A stretch of DNA of 64,000 nucleotides, taken from positions 5,938 to 69,937 of the forward strand of contig CAVBMG010000006.1 in the NCBI GenBank assembly GCA_963596435.1, read 5' to 3'. Below, one piece after another: positions 18,584-28,543 of this stretch (its first letter is position 1; each line of letters starts with the position of its first letter). A model generated the notes under the pieces. It worked only from the letters and a program-made list of their open reading frames with translations. It searched no databases and was not told where the DNA came from. The DNA comes from Agathobacter sp. GTDB lineage: Bacteria > Bacillota > Clostridia > Lachnospirales > Lachnospiraceae. A program made the translations under genes and the position numbers.

Positions 18584-19912
18584 TTATAATTCACGTAATG
18601 GTCTGACGATTATGAAACTGGCAGTAATCAACACGATAGTTATGACCCACGAAATAGGAAACGCAGCATACAGGACTGGCAGTGCATGATATTGTCTGAA
18701 CACAGTACAGATCCAGATTATGCGCAAGGCACAGGTTCCAATTATCGTAATGATTGCAGGCAATAAAGAGCGACCAGTGCCCCTTAGTACGCCTGAGGGG
18801 ATTTCATACAGGCTGCATATCGGCTCAAAAAGCAGGATACACATGATACGAATACCGGCACTTTCAATAACAGAAGGTTCTGTAGAAAACAGCCCCGAAA
18901 AATGACTGCGGAATATCACGATTGGCGCAATAATCATGGCGCTGAATATGGTTGAGAAAAGAACGCATAACCAGAGTATCTTTTTACACCTTTTTCTCTG
19001 ATTGGCTGCATAATTCTGACTGGTAAAGGTCGTGGCAGTCTGCCCGAAAGCAGTGATCACATAATAAGCAAAGTATTCAAAATTCATGGCAATCGTGCTG
19101 CCTGCAATGGTGACTGCTCCGAAGCCGTTTACAGAAGCCTGTACGAATATATTGGCGAAACAAAATACTGCACCCTGAATGGCAGAGGGAACCCCTGTCT
19201 TTAAAATCTGCATCATATATTGAGAATGGATGTGCAGTTCTCTCCACGATAAATGCAAATCGGGAATCTCCTTTTGCAGACGATAGAGAACCAGCACTGC
19301 TGAAAGAATTGTAGACATATCTGTTGCAATCGCAACACCCGCAACCCCAAGATGAAATACGACAACAAAAAACAGATTAAGCAATACATTAGCAATTCCT
19401 GCAATGACCAGTGCAATAAAAGGATATCTGCTGTTGCCGTGCGCCCGGAGAATAGCAGCACCAAAATCGTATAATAGTAGAAATGGATATCCGAGCAGGT
19501 AAATCCGCAGATAAGTTTCAGCATAAAACAGGATAGTATCGGGTGTCTGTATAAGCCGGAGCAGAGGATTGGTTATACCCTGTCCTATCAGTAGTCCCAC
19601 AATACCGATAATTCCTGCAAGAGCTATAGCAGTATGTACGATCTGAGATATTTCACCCAGCTTCTTCTGACCAATCCGACTGGCTATCAGTACGTTAGCA
19701 CCAATTGCCAAACCCGAAGATAATGTAACGATCAGGGCAATGATCTCGCCATTTGTTCCCACCGCAGCCAGAGCGTCGGCATTGCCGAAATAGCCAACGA
19801 TGGAAATGTCAGCAGCATTGAACAGTTGTTGAAGCATGCTGCTTAACGCAATGGGAAGTGTAAATAAGAGTATTTTGTTCGTTAATGATCCTTGAAGCAT
19901 ATTCATATTCAT
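18584..19912 (-). CDS. MATE family efflux transporter
   Basis: LQQLFNAAD..IVG, ALAAVG, GVAGVAIAT, SQNY. Confidence 0.92.
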   Translation of the reverse strand: MNMNMLQGSLTNKILLFTLPIALSSMLQQLFNAADISIVGYFGNADALAAVGTNGEIIALIVTLSSGLAIGANVLIASRIGQKKLGEISQIVHTAIALAGIIGIVGLLIGQGITNPLLRLIQTPDTILFYAETYLRIYLLGYPFLLLYDFGAAILRAHGNSRYPFIALVIAGIANVLLNLFFVVVFHLGVAGVAIATDMSTILSAVLVLYRLQKEIPDLHLSWRELHIHSQYMMQILKTGVPSAIQGAVFCFANIFVQASVNGFGAVTIAGSTIAMNFEYFAYYVITAFGQTATTFTSQNYAANQRKRCKKILWLCVLFSTIFSAMIIAPIVIFRSHFSGLFSTEPSVIESAGIRIMCILLFEPICSLYEIPSGVLRGTGRSLLPAIITIIGTCALRIIWICTVFRQYHALPVLYAAFPISWVITIVLITASFIIVRPLREL

Positions 19913-20010
19913 TTTCAGTCCTTTCTGTGACTTGAATTATTGTACATAATTATTTACAATGTAAAAAGCGAATAATAATGATTCAATATATCGAAAAATG
20001 GAATGAAACT

Positions 20011-20871
20011 ATGGATAATAATTTGTTAAAATATCTGGCTTTTGTAAAAACAGTTGAAAAGGGAAGCTTTACCAAAGCGGCAGAGGACTTGAATTATGCA
20101 CAGTCCTCTATCAGCAAAATGATTGCAGATCTGGAAAAGGAATGGAACATTACACTTTTAGAGCGTGGAAGAAATGGAATCTGTCTTACATCTTCTGGAG
20201 AGCAGATACTTCCCAAGGTGAGAACGATTATGAATGATTTTCAGGAGCTGGAAGATTTCGTGAATCAGCTTAACGGCGTACAGACTGGAGTTGTCAGGAT
20301 TGGTACATTTGCAAGTGTGGCAATTAACTGGCTTCCCGATATATTTGCTGAATTTCAGAAGGATTATCCTGGAATAGAGTATGAAATGCTGATGGGCGAT
20401 TATGCGGAGATAGAGCACTGGATTGAGGAAGGACGTGTGGATTGTGGATTTCTGGGGCTTTCTTCCAACACGAATTTAGACACTGTTTTGTTAAAGAAAG
20501 ACGAATACAAAGTAGTACTGCCTGTCGGTCATCCACTTGCGCAAAAAGAAAGAGTAGATATTAAAGAGTTGGAGAACCAGCCTTTTTTACTGTTGGAACA
20601 CGGTGGTAAAACAGAAGTATCTGAATTGCTGGAAATGTATAATGTGCATCCACAGATACGCTTTACTACCTGGGAGGACTATGCAGTCATGTCAATGGTA
20701 GAGAGAGGCTTGGGAATCGGTATTTTACCGGATATGATCTTGCAGAGAATACCATACAAAATTGAAATCAGATCACTGGAAATACCATACTACAGGGATA
20801 TCTGCCTGGCAATGAAGAACCGGAACCGCTTAACACCTGCAACACAGAAATTTATGGAATATTTGATATGA
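20011..20871 (+). CDS. LysR family transcriptional regulator, divergent from MATE
   Basis: GSFTKAAEDLNYAQSSISKMIADLEKEW HTH; G.VRIGTF; start 20011 or 19978. Confidence 0.93.
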   Translation: MDNNLLKYLAFVKTVEKGSFTKAAEDLNYAQSSISKMIADLEKEWNITLLERGRNGICLTSSGEQILPKVRTIMNDFQELEDFVNQLNGVQTGVVRIGTFASVAINWLPDIFAEFQKDYPGIEYEMLMGDYAEIEHWIEEGRVDCGFLGLSSNTNLDTVLLKKDEYKVVLPVGHPLAQKERVDIKELENQPFLLLEHGGKTEVSELLEMYNVHPQIRFTTWEDYAVMSMVERGLGIGILPDMILQRIPYKIEIRSLEIPYYRDICLAMKNRNRLTPATQKFMEYLI

Positions 20872-21227
20872 CAAGTGTTCTTTATTCAAAAGCCTGTAAA
20901 AAGCAGATACAGGATAAAATTACGCTGCATTATCAGCCTGCACAGAGGGATGAGGTGTGGACGCAGGTTCAACTACAATATGTAGACTTCCTCAAAGACT
21001 GGCGTACAGACCTTGGAGGCGGGAAGAACTTTCATAATGGGGCAGGTGGAACCTATGACTGCATTGCCCTGATGGCATATTATGTTGTCTGTAAGTCAGT
21101 CACCAGTCTGGATGAGATTGAAGAGATGGAGGGGAATCTGTTCCTTACAGCTTTTTGCAAGTTGAAATTTGTAGATGTCAATAAACCTTTCTTCAAAAGA
21201 TTAATGTATTCTATTGTTTTGGGATAG
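20868..21227 (+). pseudogene. N-terminal fragment of an ATC-hydrolase-like (L-2-amino-thiazoline-4-carboxylate hydrolase family) protein
   Basis: 119 aa coupled to LysR (ATGA overlap); DLGG.KNFHNG.GGTYDC recalled from longer members of this family; no C-terminal Cys-rich half; ends where an opposing ORF begins. Confidence 0.5.
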
Positions 21228-21332
21228 ATTTGGCAGAAAGTTCTACATTTTATAATCAGATAACAAATCCAGGCTATCATGTAATCACCTCCATGTTATA
21301 GTATATGCATAGTTTATGGCAAATATAAAAGA

Positions 21333-21363
21333 TTGACTTTACAATCGTTGTAAAGTTTATAAT
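21333..21363 (+). promoter_or_regulatory. MerR-type promoter (19-bp spacer with dyad) for the MATE-MerR operon
   Basis: TTGACT 21333-38, N19, TATAAT 21358-63; dyad ACTTTACAA-TCG-TTGTAAAGT 21336-56. Confidence 0.85.
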
Positions 21364-21420
21364 TGACGTCGGAAGGGAGTATTGTCTGCCCAGGAGGTTC
21401 AAGGCAGGCGTAAAGGAAGA

Positions 21421-22752
21421 ATGGAAAAAGATTTAACAACCGGAAGTGTACTTAAAAATATTGTATTTTTCGCATTGCCATATTTGCTGTCCTATTTTCT
21501 ACAGACATTATATGGAATGGCAGATCTGTTCATTATTGGACAATTCAATGGTGTTGACCGTATTACGGCAGTATCTGTAGGAAGTCAGGTCATGCATATG
21601 CTGACCGTTATGATCGTTGGTCTGGCGATGGGGGCAACTGTGACTATAGGTAAGGCAATTGGTGGAAAGAGGCTGGAACAGGCATCTATAACGGTAGGAA
21701 ATACCATTACTCTGTTCATGGGAGTGTCACTTGTCATGACAGTTCTCTTACTGCTGTTGGTAAAGCCAATTGTAGCAGTGATGTCAACGCCGTCGGAGGC
21801 TGTTTCAGAAACCATTATTTATCTGACAATATGCTTTATTGGGATTCCTTTTATTACGGCATATAATATTATCAGTTCCATTTTTCGCGGGCTGGGAGAT
21901 TCTAAAAGCCCCATGTATTTTATAGCAATTGCCTGTGTTGCGAATATTATATTGGATTATTTGTTTATTGGCGGGCTTCATCTAGGGGCGGCTGGTGCAG
22001 CAATTGGAACAACTCTGTCACAGACAGTCAGCGTTATTGTGGCATTGTGTGTAGTTCTCAGACGTAAGACAGGTATCACCTTGAAAAGACAGTATTTTAA
22101 ACCGCAAATGGAAACCATGGGACAAATACTCAGAATAGGTATTCCTGTTGCACTGCAAGACGGCTTCATACAGATTGCATTTATTGTAATTACTGTCATT
22201 GCAAACAGAAGAGGCTTAAATGATGCAGCCGCAGTAGGAATTGTTGAGAAATTCATCAGTATTGTGTTCCTGGTACCATCTACCATGCTTTCTACCGTGT
22301 CAGCCCTTTCTGCGCAGAATATCGGTGCAGGCAAGCATGAGAGAGCCAGCGCAACCTTACGTTATGCGATTATGATAGCGGTAGGTTTTGGTATCGTAGT
22401 AGCGGTGATTACCCAGTTTACAGGTAAAGACATTGTAGGAATTTTTACAAAGGATGAAGCGGTCATTGTGCTCGGAGATCAGTATCTCAGATCCTATATC
22501 TGGGATTGCGTATTTGCGGGCATTCATTTCAGTTTCAGCGGGTATTTTTGTGCTTATGGTTTGTCCGGCATTTCATTTTTACATAATGTACTGTCGATTA
22601 TCTGTGTGCGTATTCCTGGAGCTTACTTTGCATCACTGTATTATCCTGATACACTGTATCCGATGGGATTTGCTGCACCGGGAGGTTCACTGCTCTCCGT
22701 CATTGTATGTGTCATTGCCTTTTGCATTGTAAGGAAAAGGAGGAAAGACTAA
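21421..22752 (+). CDS. MATE family efflux transporter
   Basis: MEKDLTTG, LQTLYGMADL, FRGLGDSKSP, NIILD, AQNIGAGK. Confidence 0.93.
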   Translation: MEKDLTTGSVLKNIVFFALPYLLSYFLQTLYGMADLFIIGQFNGVDRITAVSVGSQVMHMLTVMIVGLAMGATVTIGKAIGGKRLEQASITVGNTITLFMGVSLVMTVLLLLLVKPIVAVMSTPSEAVSETIIYLTICFIGIPFITAYNIISSIFRGLGDSKSPMYFIAIACVANIILDYLFIGGLHLGAAGAAIGTTLSQTVSVIVALCVVLRRKTGITLKRQYFKPQMETMGQILRIGIPVALQDGFIQIAFIVITVIANRRGLNDAAAVGIVEKFISIVFLVPSTMLSTVSALSAQNIGAGKHERASATLRYAIMIAVGFGIVVAVITQFTGKDIVGIFTKDEAVIVLGDQYLRSYIWDCVFAGIHFSFSGYFCAYGLSGISFLHNVLSIICVRIPGAYFASLYYPDTLYPMGFAAPGGSLLSVIVCVIAFCIVRKRRKD

Positions 22753-23580
22753 TTGGAGGATAAGAAACTATTTCAGATTGGTGATGTAGCCAAGATGTTC
22801 CATATCAGTACCGGGAGTCTGCGGCATTACGAACAGGCTGGGCTTCTGACCCCTGAATATATAGATCAGGATACGGGTTATCGTTATTATAGTGTGCGCC
22901 AGTTTGAGATTTTAAATACGATCTGTTATCTTAGGGCATTGGATATGCCTCTGAATCAGATTGAGGATTTCCTAAAGAACAGGGATATTGATGTAATAGA
23001 AGATAAGCTGATGAAGCAAAAGGAGCTGGTTGCCAGAAAACAGCGGGAACTGGCGATTATTGAACAGAAAATAGAGCATCGGTTAGATCAGCTTAAAACT
23101 GCAAGAAATTCAGAACTGGATGTAATACAAATAAAGAAAGTGCCCTCCTGTCGGCTTGTATGGCTGAAGGATTCACTGCGTCCCAAGTCCTATCTGGATC
23201 TGGAATATGCCATTCGCCGTCTGGAAGAGAATCAGACAGAATCTGTTGTATTTCTTGGAAAAGTCGGGGTTGGTATATCAAGGGAAAATCTGATGGCAGG
23301 ACGATATGAACAATATGATTCGGTTTTTCTCGTTCTGGATGAAGAAGACAGCTATAAGGGAACCGTTGAGCAGCATCCGGAAGAACTGTGCGTTTCCATG
23401 TGCTTTTGCGGCAGCCATAAAGAAGCAGGGGCGCATTATGAGAAAATGATGGAGTATATTGAGAAACACAAAATGGAAGTGACAGGTTTCTCCAGGGAAA
23501 TTACCATGATTGATTATGGAATCACCAATAATACGGATAAATTTGTCACGGAAATCCTGATTCCTATAAAATGCGCCTGA
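22753..23580 (+). CDS. MerR family regulator with GyrI-like effector domain (BmrR/BltR type)
   Basis: IGDVAK...S..SLRHYE..GLL.P......GYRYY; C-terminal FSRE....Y........VTEI.IP; TTG start. Confidence 0.9.
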   Translation: MEDKKLFQIGDVAKMFHISTGSLRHYEQAGLLTPEYIDQDTGYRYYSVRQFEILNTICYLRALDMPLNQIEDFLKNRDIDVIEDKLMKQKELVARKQRELAIIEQKIEHRLDQLKTARNSELDVIQIKKVPSCRLVWLKDSLRPKSYLDLEYAIRRLEENQTESVVFLGKVGVGISRENLMAGRYEQYDSVFLVLDEEDSYKGTVEQHPEELCVSMCFCGSHKEAGAHYEKMMEYIEKHKMEVTGFSREITMIDYGITNNTDKFVTEILIPIKCA

Positions 23581-23589
23581 CAAAGATTT

Positions 23590-24027
23590 CTATGAATGAG
23601 CGAGTTCGTAAAGTTTCTTAATGTCAGCGGGAAGCTTGTCAGGAATCATTTCTTTAAGGTGTTCCTCATTACCATTTGCAATAGCCTGGTCATAGTACCA
23701 GCACTTGAACTGAATCATAGCCATATTCTTCTCAAGCTCTCGAAGTTGTTCTTCGAGGGCTTTCTTTCTGCTCTCAAATAATTCCCTGCGGTTTGGATAG
23801 GTAGAGGGACCAGCAGCACACCAGTCCATGAACTGTTTGATATCTTTAATCTCCATGCCTGTCTTCTTGAGACATTCGATGACATGAAGGGTTTCTATTT
23901 CATTCTCAGAGAATTTACGAATGCCGGAGACACGCTCCATGCTTGGAAACAAGCCCTCTTTATCATAGTATCTGAGTGTTGAGACTGGTAAATGGAACAT
24001 TTCTGAAACTTGACCGATTGTATACAT
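23590..24027 (-). CDS. MerR family regulator (AdhR-like)
   Basis: YTIGQVS....STLRYYDKEGL, IECLKKTGM.IKDIKQF, KCWYY. Confidence 0.9.
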   Translation of the reverse strand: MYTIGQVSEMFHLPVSTLRYYDKEGLFPSMERVSGIRKFSENEIETLHVIECLKKTGMEIKDIKQFMDWCAAGPSTYPNRRELFESRKKALEEQLRELEKNMAMIQFKCWYYDQAIANGNEEHLKEMIPDKLPADIKKLYELAHS

Positions 24028-24050
24028 AGAATCCTCTTTTCTCACAAAAT

Positions 24051-24081
24051 TTAACCTGAAGTAAGGTTCAGGAATTAAACT
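24051..24081 (+). promoter_or_regulatory. Putative MerR-type promoter/operator with degenerate -35
   Basis: TTAACC-N19-TAAACT enclosing dyad CCTGAA-GTAAGG-TTCAGG (24055-72). Confidence 0.5.
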
Positions 24082-24213
24082 ATTATCAGCATAGCAAAAA
24101 GAAGGGGATATGTAAATGCATTTTTATTGAAAGCATTCCTATAAACGAATATACTTATCTTGAACTTGTGGATGTAATATGACATGGAATTAGAAAGAAC
24201 AGGAGAGACAATT

Positions 24214-24669
24214 ATGCAAATATACGTTGATGCAGACGCCTGTCCGGTGGTGGGTATCGTGGAAGGAATTGCAAAAAAATATAAGATACCGGTTACATTG
24301 CTCTGCGATACCAATCATGTGCTACATTCAGATTACAGTGATGTGGTAGTAGTTGGGGCAGGAGCGGATGCGGTAGATTATAAGTTAATCAGTCTATGCC
24401 ATAACGGCGATATTGTGGTATCTCAGGATTATGGAGTTGCGGCAATGGCACTTGGTAAAGGGGCATATGCGATCCATCAATCCGGTAAATGGTATACGGA
24501 TGACAATATTGATCAGATGCTGATGGAAAGACATCTTAACAAGAAGGCAAGGCGAAGCTCTCATAAAAATCACATCAAAGGTCCTAAAAAACGGACAGAG
24601 GAAGATGATGAGCGCTTTGCACAGTCTTTTGAAAAACTCATATTGATGGCACAGTCGAAGGAACAATAA
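24214..24669 (+). CDS. YaiI/YqxD (UPF0178, DUF188) family protein
   Basis: MQIYVDADACPV, GADAVD, GDIVVSQDYG.A; AGGAG RBS. Confidence 0.9.
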   Translation: MQIYVDADACPVVGIVEGIAKKYKIPVTLLCDTNHVLHSDYSDVVVVGAGADAVDYKLISLCHNGDIVVSQDYGVAAMALGKGAYAIHQSGKWYTDDNIDQMLMERHLNKKARRSSHKNHIKGPKKRTEEDDERFAQSFEKLILMAQSKEQ

Positions 24670-24674
24670 TATTT

Positions 24675-25661
24675 TTATTTACTCATTTTCCTGTAATCAG
24701 AGGGGAATAGCCCTGTATTCTTTTTGAAAAGGGCAGCAAATCGGCTGGGATTGCTATATCCCACAGCCGTAGCCACTTGTTCAATGGTTAAATTGGTACT
24801 TGAAAGAAGACTCTCCGCCTGGCTGAGTCTTTTTTCAGTGACATATTCGGTGACTGTGCAGTGATTGATGGCTTTGAACAGAGTTTTGAACTTGGTCTTG
24901 CCAAAGCATGCGATCCTGCATAATTTGTCTGTGGAGACGTCACCGCTGAAATGGTCATTTAAGTATTTATTCACTGTGTCGATAGCCCGTCTGTCATCCT
25001 CTGATATATAGATTCTATGGGCAGGATCCGTCTTGTGACTATTATATTCTATGATAAGGGAAATAGACTGTGATACCATACTGTCATAGAACAGCTTGGC
25101 AGCAATGCCATCCCCTTCATAATTCCATATTCGTGACAGAAGTTTCTCCATTTCCGGGAAATCCGTACACCAGTCTATGTTACGGAACAACCGGTCAAAA
25201 TCAAATTCCACATCTCCGAATTTCTCTGAGATAAATTTCTCATAATATTCACTGTAAAGCTCGATTTCAACGGTCTGAATCGGGATTTTTTTATGTATGA
25301 TGGCTTTGAAATGATAGTCAATATAGTTGAGGAAACGAACCTGTCCGGCAGGAATGCGTCTGTATGGGTCGAGTTCTTCACCGGACACGGAGTAGTAATA
25401 GCATATGCTTAACCCCTTATGCCCTGGGAAATCAGCTACAACATCATCATGAAAATAGAAATCATGAATCTTAATGGCGTACTGGTCGGCTAAACTGTAT
25501 ATCCAGAAATAACCGCCTCCGGATTCTTTGGGAACATAATAATATTCTCCCAACTGCCTGTTTTCATGAGTCCTTTTCTCAATAAATCCGCTTTCCTGAA
25601 ATAATTTATGGTATAAATTTGTGCCATTTGACGTACTCATACACATTAGCCCTTTCTTCAT
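24675..25661 (-). CDS. AraC family regulator (PchR/YbtA-like architecture)
   Basis: C-terminal TKFK..FK......EY....RL..A..LL......I..VA..VGY.NPSRFA..FKK..G; exact start uncertain. Confidence 0.85.
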   Translation of the reverse strand: MKKGLMCMSTSNGTNLYHKLFQESGFIEKRTHENRQLGEYYYVPKESGGGYFWIYSLADQYAIKIHDFYFHDDVVADFPGHKGLSICYYYSVSGEELDPYRRIPAGQVRFLNYIDYHFKAIIHKKIPIQTVEIELYSEYYEKFISEKFGDVEFDFDRLFRNIDWCTDFPEMEKLLSRIWNYEGDGIAAKLFYDSMVSQSISLIIEYNSHKTDPAHRIYISEDDRRAIDTVNKYLNDHFSGDVSTDKLCRIACFGKTKFKTLFKAINHCTVTEYVTEKRLSQAESLLSSTNLTIEQVATAVGYSNPSRFAALFKKNTGLFPSDYRKMSK

Positions 25662-25690
25662 ACACTCTAGTCATATATCTGCTGATTCTG

Positions 25691-25779
25691 TTGACTTTTG
25701 GCGTTAGCAGCAATAATATGCGAATAAGTTAGTAATAACTAACATGAAAATTGTATCATACACTTTGGTCGTAAGTCAA
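25691..25779. promoter_or_regulatory. Face-to-face promoters flanking a GTTAG-N6-CTAAC palindrome
   Basis: Plus: TTGACT 25691-96, N17, TAATAT 25714-19; minus: TTGACT 25779-74, N18, TACAAT 25755-50; GTTAGTAATAACTAAC at 25728-43. Confidence 0.65.
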
Positions 25780-25800
25780 CGGCAGATATAGGAGGAGAAA

Positions 25801-26406
25801 ATGGCTAGGAATAAGAACAAAAAAGGACTAACGGTGAAAGATCTGATTACAGCAGGTGTATTTTCGGCACTACTGCTGGTTTCAAACGCATTAGGTGGGG
25901 GATTGTTTGCGGTCAATCCGGCGCTGACCTTTTACTATCCAATTGCAGGAGCGGTTCTTGGAGGTCCGATCTTTATGCTTTTACTGGCAAAAGTACCAAA
26001 GAGAGGCGCTTTAACGATTGTGGGGGTCGTTGCCTGCATACTCGGCTTTGTAACAGGTATGCACTGGGGAATGGATCTGGGCTGCCTGATTATGCTCGCA
26101 GTTGCAGACATCCTTGCAGGAATTGGACAGTATAGAAACAAGGGACTGAATATTCTGGCGTACATGTGTTACTGTATTGGACCGGCTGGTTCTTATTTTG
26201 TATATTTTGCAGACCCGCAAGGATGGACAGCAACCATGTTGAAGAACGGCACGACACAGGATTACATAGATACCATGAATGCCACAGCCGGACCGGAGAT
26301 TTTGGTGATTATGGTACTGGGCACTTTTATTGTTGCCGCTGTCAGTGGAACAGTTGGTAATCTGCTTATGAAGAAACAGTTTGAAAAGGCAGGAGTGGCA
26401 GCATAA
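25801..26406 (+). CDS. ECF transporter S component (MptD/Trep_Strep-like)
   Basis: LTVKDLIT.GVF, MLL.AKVPKRG, GMHW, KK.FEKAG; ~6 TM. Confidence 0.85.
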   Translation: MARNKNKKGLTVKDLITAGVFSALLLVSNALGGGLFAVNPALTFYYPIAGAVLGGPIFMLLLAKVPKRGALTIVGVVACILGFVTGMHWGMDLGCLIMLAVADILAGIGQYRNKGLNILAYMCYCIGPAGSYFVYFADPQGWTATMLKNGTTQDYIDTMNATAGPEILVIMVLGTFIVAAVSGTVGNLLMKKQFEKAGVAA

Positions 26407-27101
26407 TGACTCTGCATTTTGACCCAAGAACGAAGTTAATATGCTTGATACTGGTTGTAACCAATACGATGTTTTTTCCATCACTGGAATGGGAGAGCAT
26501 ATGGATGATCTTTATCTGTTTATTTGGAATCATAAGTGGAAATGGGAAAAGGTCAATCCTGTGGGGAATGTTCTATTGTCTTACGTATTTGGGCTGGAAT
26601 CTTTTCCTGCATAGCGGGGCAGGGATTTCTCATGCTGTTGTGCTTGCCTGGCTTAGTCTGTTATTTAAGCTTTTTCCCTGTTGTATGATGTCAGGCATCA
26701 TAATCAGGACGACACAGATCAATGATTTCCTGACAGCAATGAGTCAGTCCCATGTTCCCAAACAGGTCATTATTCCAATGGCAGTGCTGCTTCGCTATAT
26801 GCCGACTCTGAAAGAAGACTGGGGATATATCAAAGATGCAATGATACTTCGCGGCGTAACACCTTCTCTTACAGGCTTTATAAAATCTCCTGTAACGACA
26901 GTGGAATGTCTGTATGTACCGTTGTTGATTACCGCATCAAAGACAGCGGATGATCTGAGCATTGCAGCGGTCACAAGAGGAATTGAGAATCCTGATTTAA
27001 GAAGCAGCATCCGAGAGCTGCGCTTTAGAGTTTACGATTATACCGCGTTGTTGTTATTTGTATCCATGACAGTGTGTACCATATATCTTGCTGGAAAGTA
27101 G
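26406..27101 (+). CDS. ECF transporter transmembrane T component
   Basis: DPRTK, LRYMPT..ED...I.DAM..RG, A..TRG coupling motifs. Confidence 0.88.
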   Translation: MTLHFDPRTKLICLILVVTNTMFFPSLEWESIWMIFICLFGIISGNGKRSILWGMFYCLTYLGWNLFLHSGAGISHAVVLAWLSLLFKLFPCCMMSGIIIRTTQINDFLTAMSQSHVPKQVIIPMAVLLRYMPTLKEDWGYIKDAMILRGVTPSLTGFIKSPVTTVECLYVPLLITASKTADDLSIAAVTRGIENPDLRSSIRELRFRVYDYTALLLFVSMTVCTIYLAGK

Positions 27102-27150
27102 TGTGTTGTACCTGAAAGTTTGCAGGTTATGGAAAGGCAGGGTTATTAAA

Positions 27151-28542
27151 TTGATAAGTCTAAGGAATGTTTCGTTTGAATATGCTGGTAATGCTGCCGG
27201 ACGATTACAAAATATAAATATCAACATAGCAGATGGAGAGTGTGTCCTGTTATGTGGGCGCTCCGGGTGTGGCAAGACTACGATCCTTCGCCTGATTAAT
27301 GGGCTGATTCCTGATTATTTTGACGGAGAATTAAAAGGCGAAGTCCTATATAATGGGGAAAATATCTCAGAAATGGAAAGGTATGAACGGGCAAAATTCG
27401 CAGGAAGCGTATTCCAGAATCCCAGGACACAGTTTTTCAATGTAGATACGGACAGCGAGATTGCCTTTGGCATGGAAAATTTAAGCCTTCCCCGCGACCT
27501 GATGCTACAGAGAATGGATGAAATCACGGAAAGACTGAAACTGAAGGCTCTTAGGGGACGCAGTATATTTGAACTTTCAGGGGGAGAGAAGCAGAGGATT
27601 GCTTTTGCCAGTGTATATGCCATGCATCCAGAGGTATATCTTCTGGATGAGCCAAGCTCTAATCTTGATGCGGATTCCATTGAAGACTTGAGAGAACAAC
27701 TCAGGGTAATCAAGGCAGAGGGTAAATCTATTCTGATATCGGAACACCGGATTTACTATCTGATGGATCTGGTTGACCGCATTATCTATCTGGATAAAGG
27801 AGAGATTCAGAGAGAATTTACGAGGGAGGAATTTCAAGATCTCTCAGAAGAAAAAAGAATTGCAATGGGGCTTCGCACGATTCATAAAAGGCAGAGTCAG
27901 GTTCCAAAGTGCCAGGGCAGTATATCCAGTCAACAGGGATTGACTTTTGATCATGTGTCTATAAAAAGAAATAAGAGAATATTACAAAATAATATTACAT
28001 TATCGGCTGCAAAAGGCGATATTATTGGAATTATCGGAGAAAATGGCGCAGGAAAGACTACTTTCTTACGGACCATCTGTGGTCTGCATAAGGATTATGA
28101 GGGGCAGATTCTAATAGATGGAAAGCCGGCAACAAAGAAGAAACTGATACAGGATTCCTATATGGTAATGCAGGATGTCAACTACGAATTATTTGCAGAC
28201 TCCGTGAAGAATGAATGCCGGCTGGGAATCAAAAAGGCAGATGAACAGCTGATTGATAGAACCTTACAGGAGCTGGCACTTGACCAGTTCAAGGAGAGGC
28301 ATCCAAACACGCTGTCTGGAGGTCAGAAACAACGTGTGGCAGTGGCAGTAAGCCAGGTATGCGGCAAGAAGCTTCTTACCTTTGATGAACCGACAAGCGG
28401 GTTGGATTATGACAGTATGATGCAGGTTGCCAATCTGATAAGAAGGCTTGCCAAAGAAGCCATTATTATGATTGTGACGCATGATGTGGAATTTCTTAAC
28501 AGTGTGTGCACACAAATCTATGAATTGAAGAGGGAGAAATAG
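27151..28542 (+). CDS. ECF-type ABC ATPase with two fused NBDs
   Basis: Two Walker A (GRSGCGKT, GENGAGKT), LSGGEKQ and LSGGQKQ, DEP; TTG start inferred. Confidence 0.92.
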   Translation: MISLRNVSFEYAGNAAGRLQNININIADGECVLLCGRSGCGKTTILRLINGLIPDYFDGELKGEVLYNGENISEMERYERAKFAGSVFQNPRTQFFNVDTDSEIAFGMENLSLPRDLMLQRMDEITERLKLKALRGRSIFELSGGEKQRIAFASVYAMHPEVYLLDEPSSNLDADSIEDLREQLRVIKAEGKSILISEHRIYYLMDLVDRIIYLDKGEIQREFTREEFQDLSEEKRIAMGLRTIHKRQSQVPKCQGSISSQQGLTFDHVSIKRNKRILQNNITLSAAKGDIIGIIGENGAGKTTFLRTICGLHKDYEGQILIDGKPATKKKLIQDSYMVMQDVNYELFADSVKNECRLGIKKADEQLIDRTLQELALDQFKERHPNTLSGGQKQRVAVAVSQVCGKKLLTFDEPTSGLDYDSMMQVANLIRRLAKEAIIMIVTHDVEFLNSVCTQIYELKREK

Positions 28543-28543
28543 C

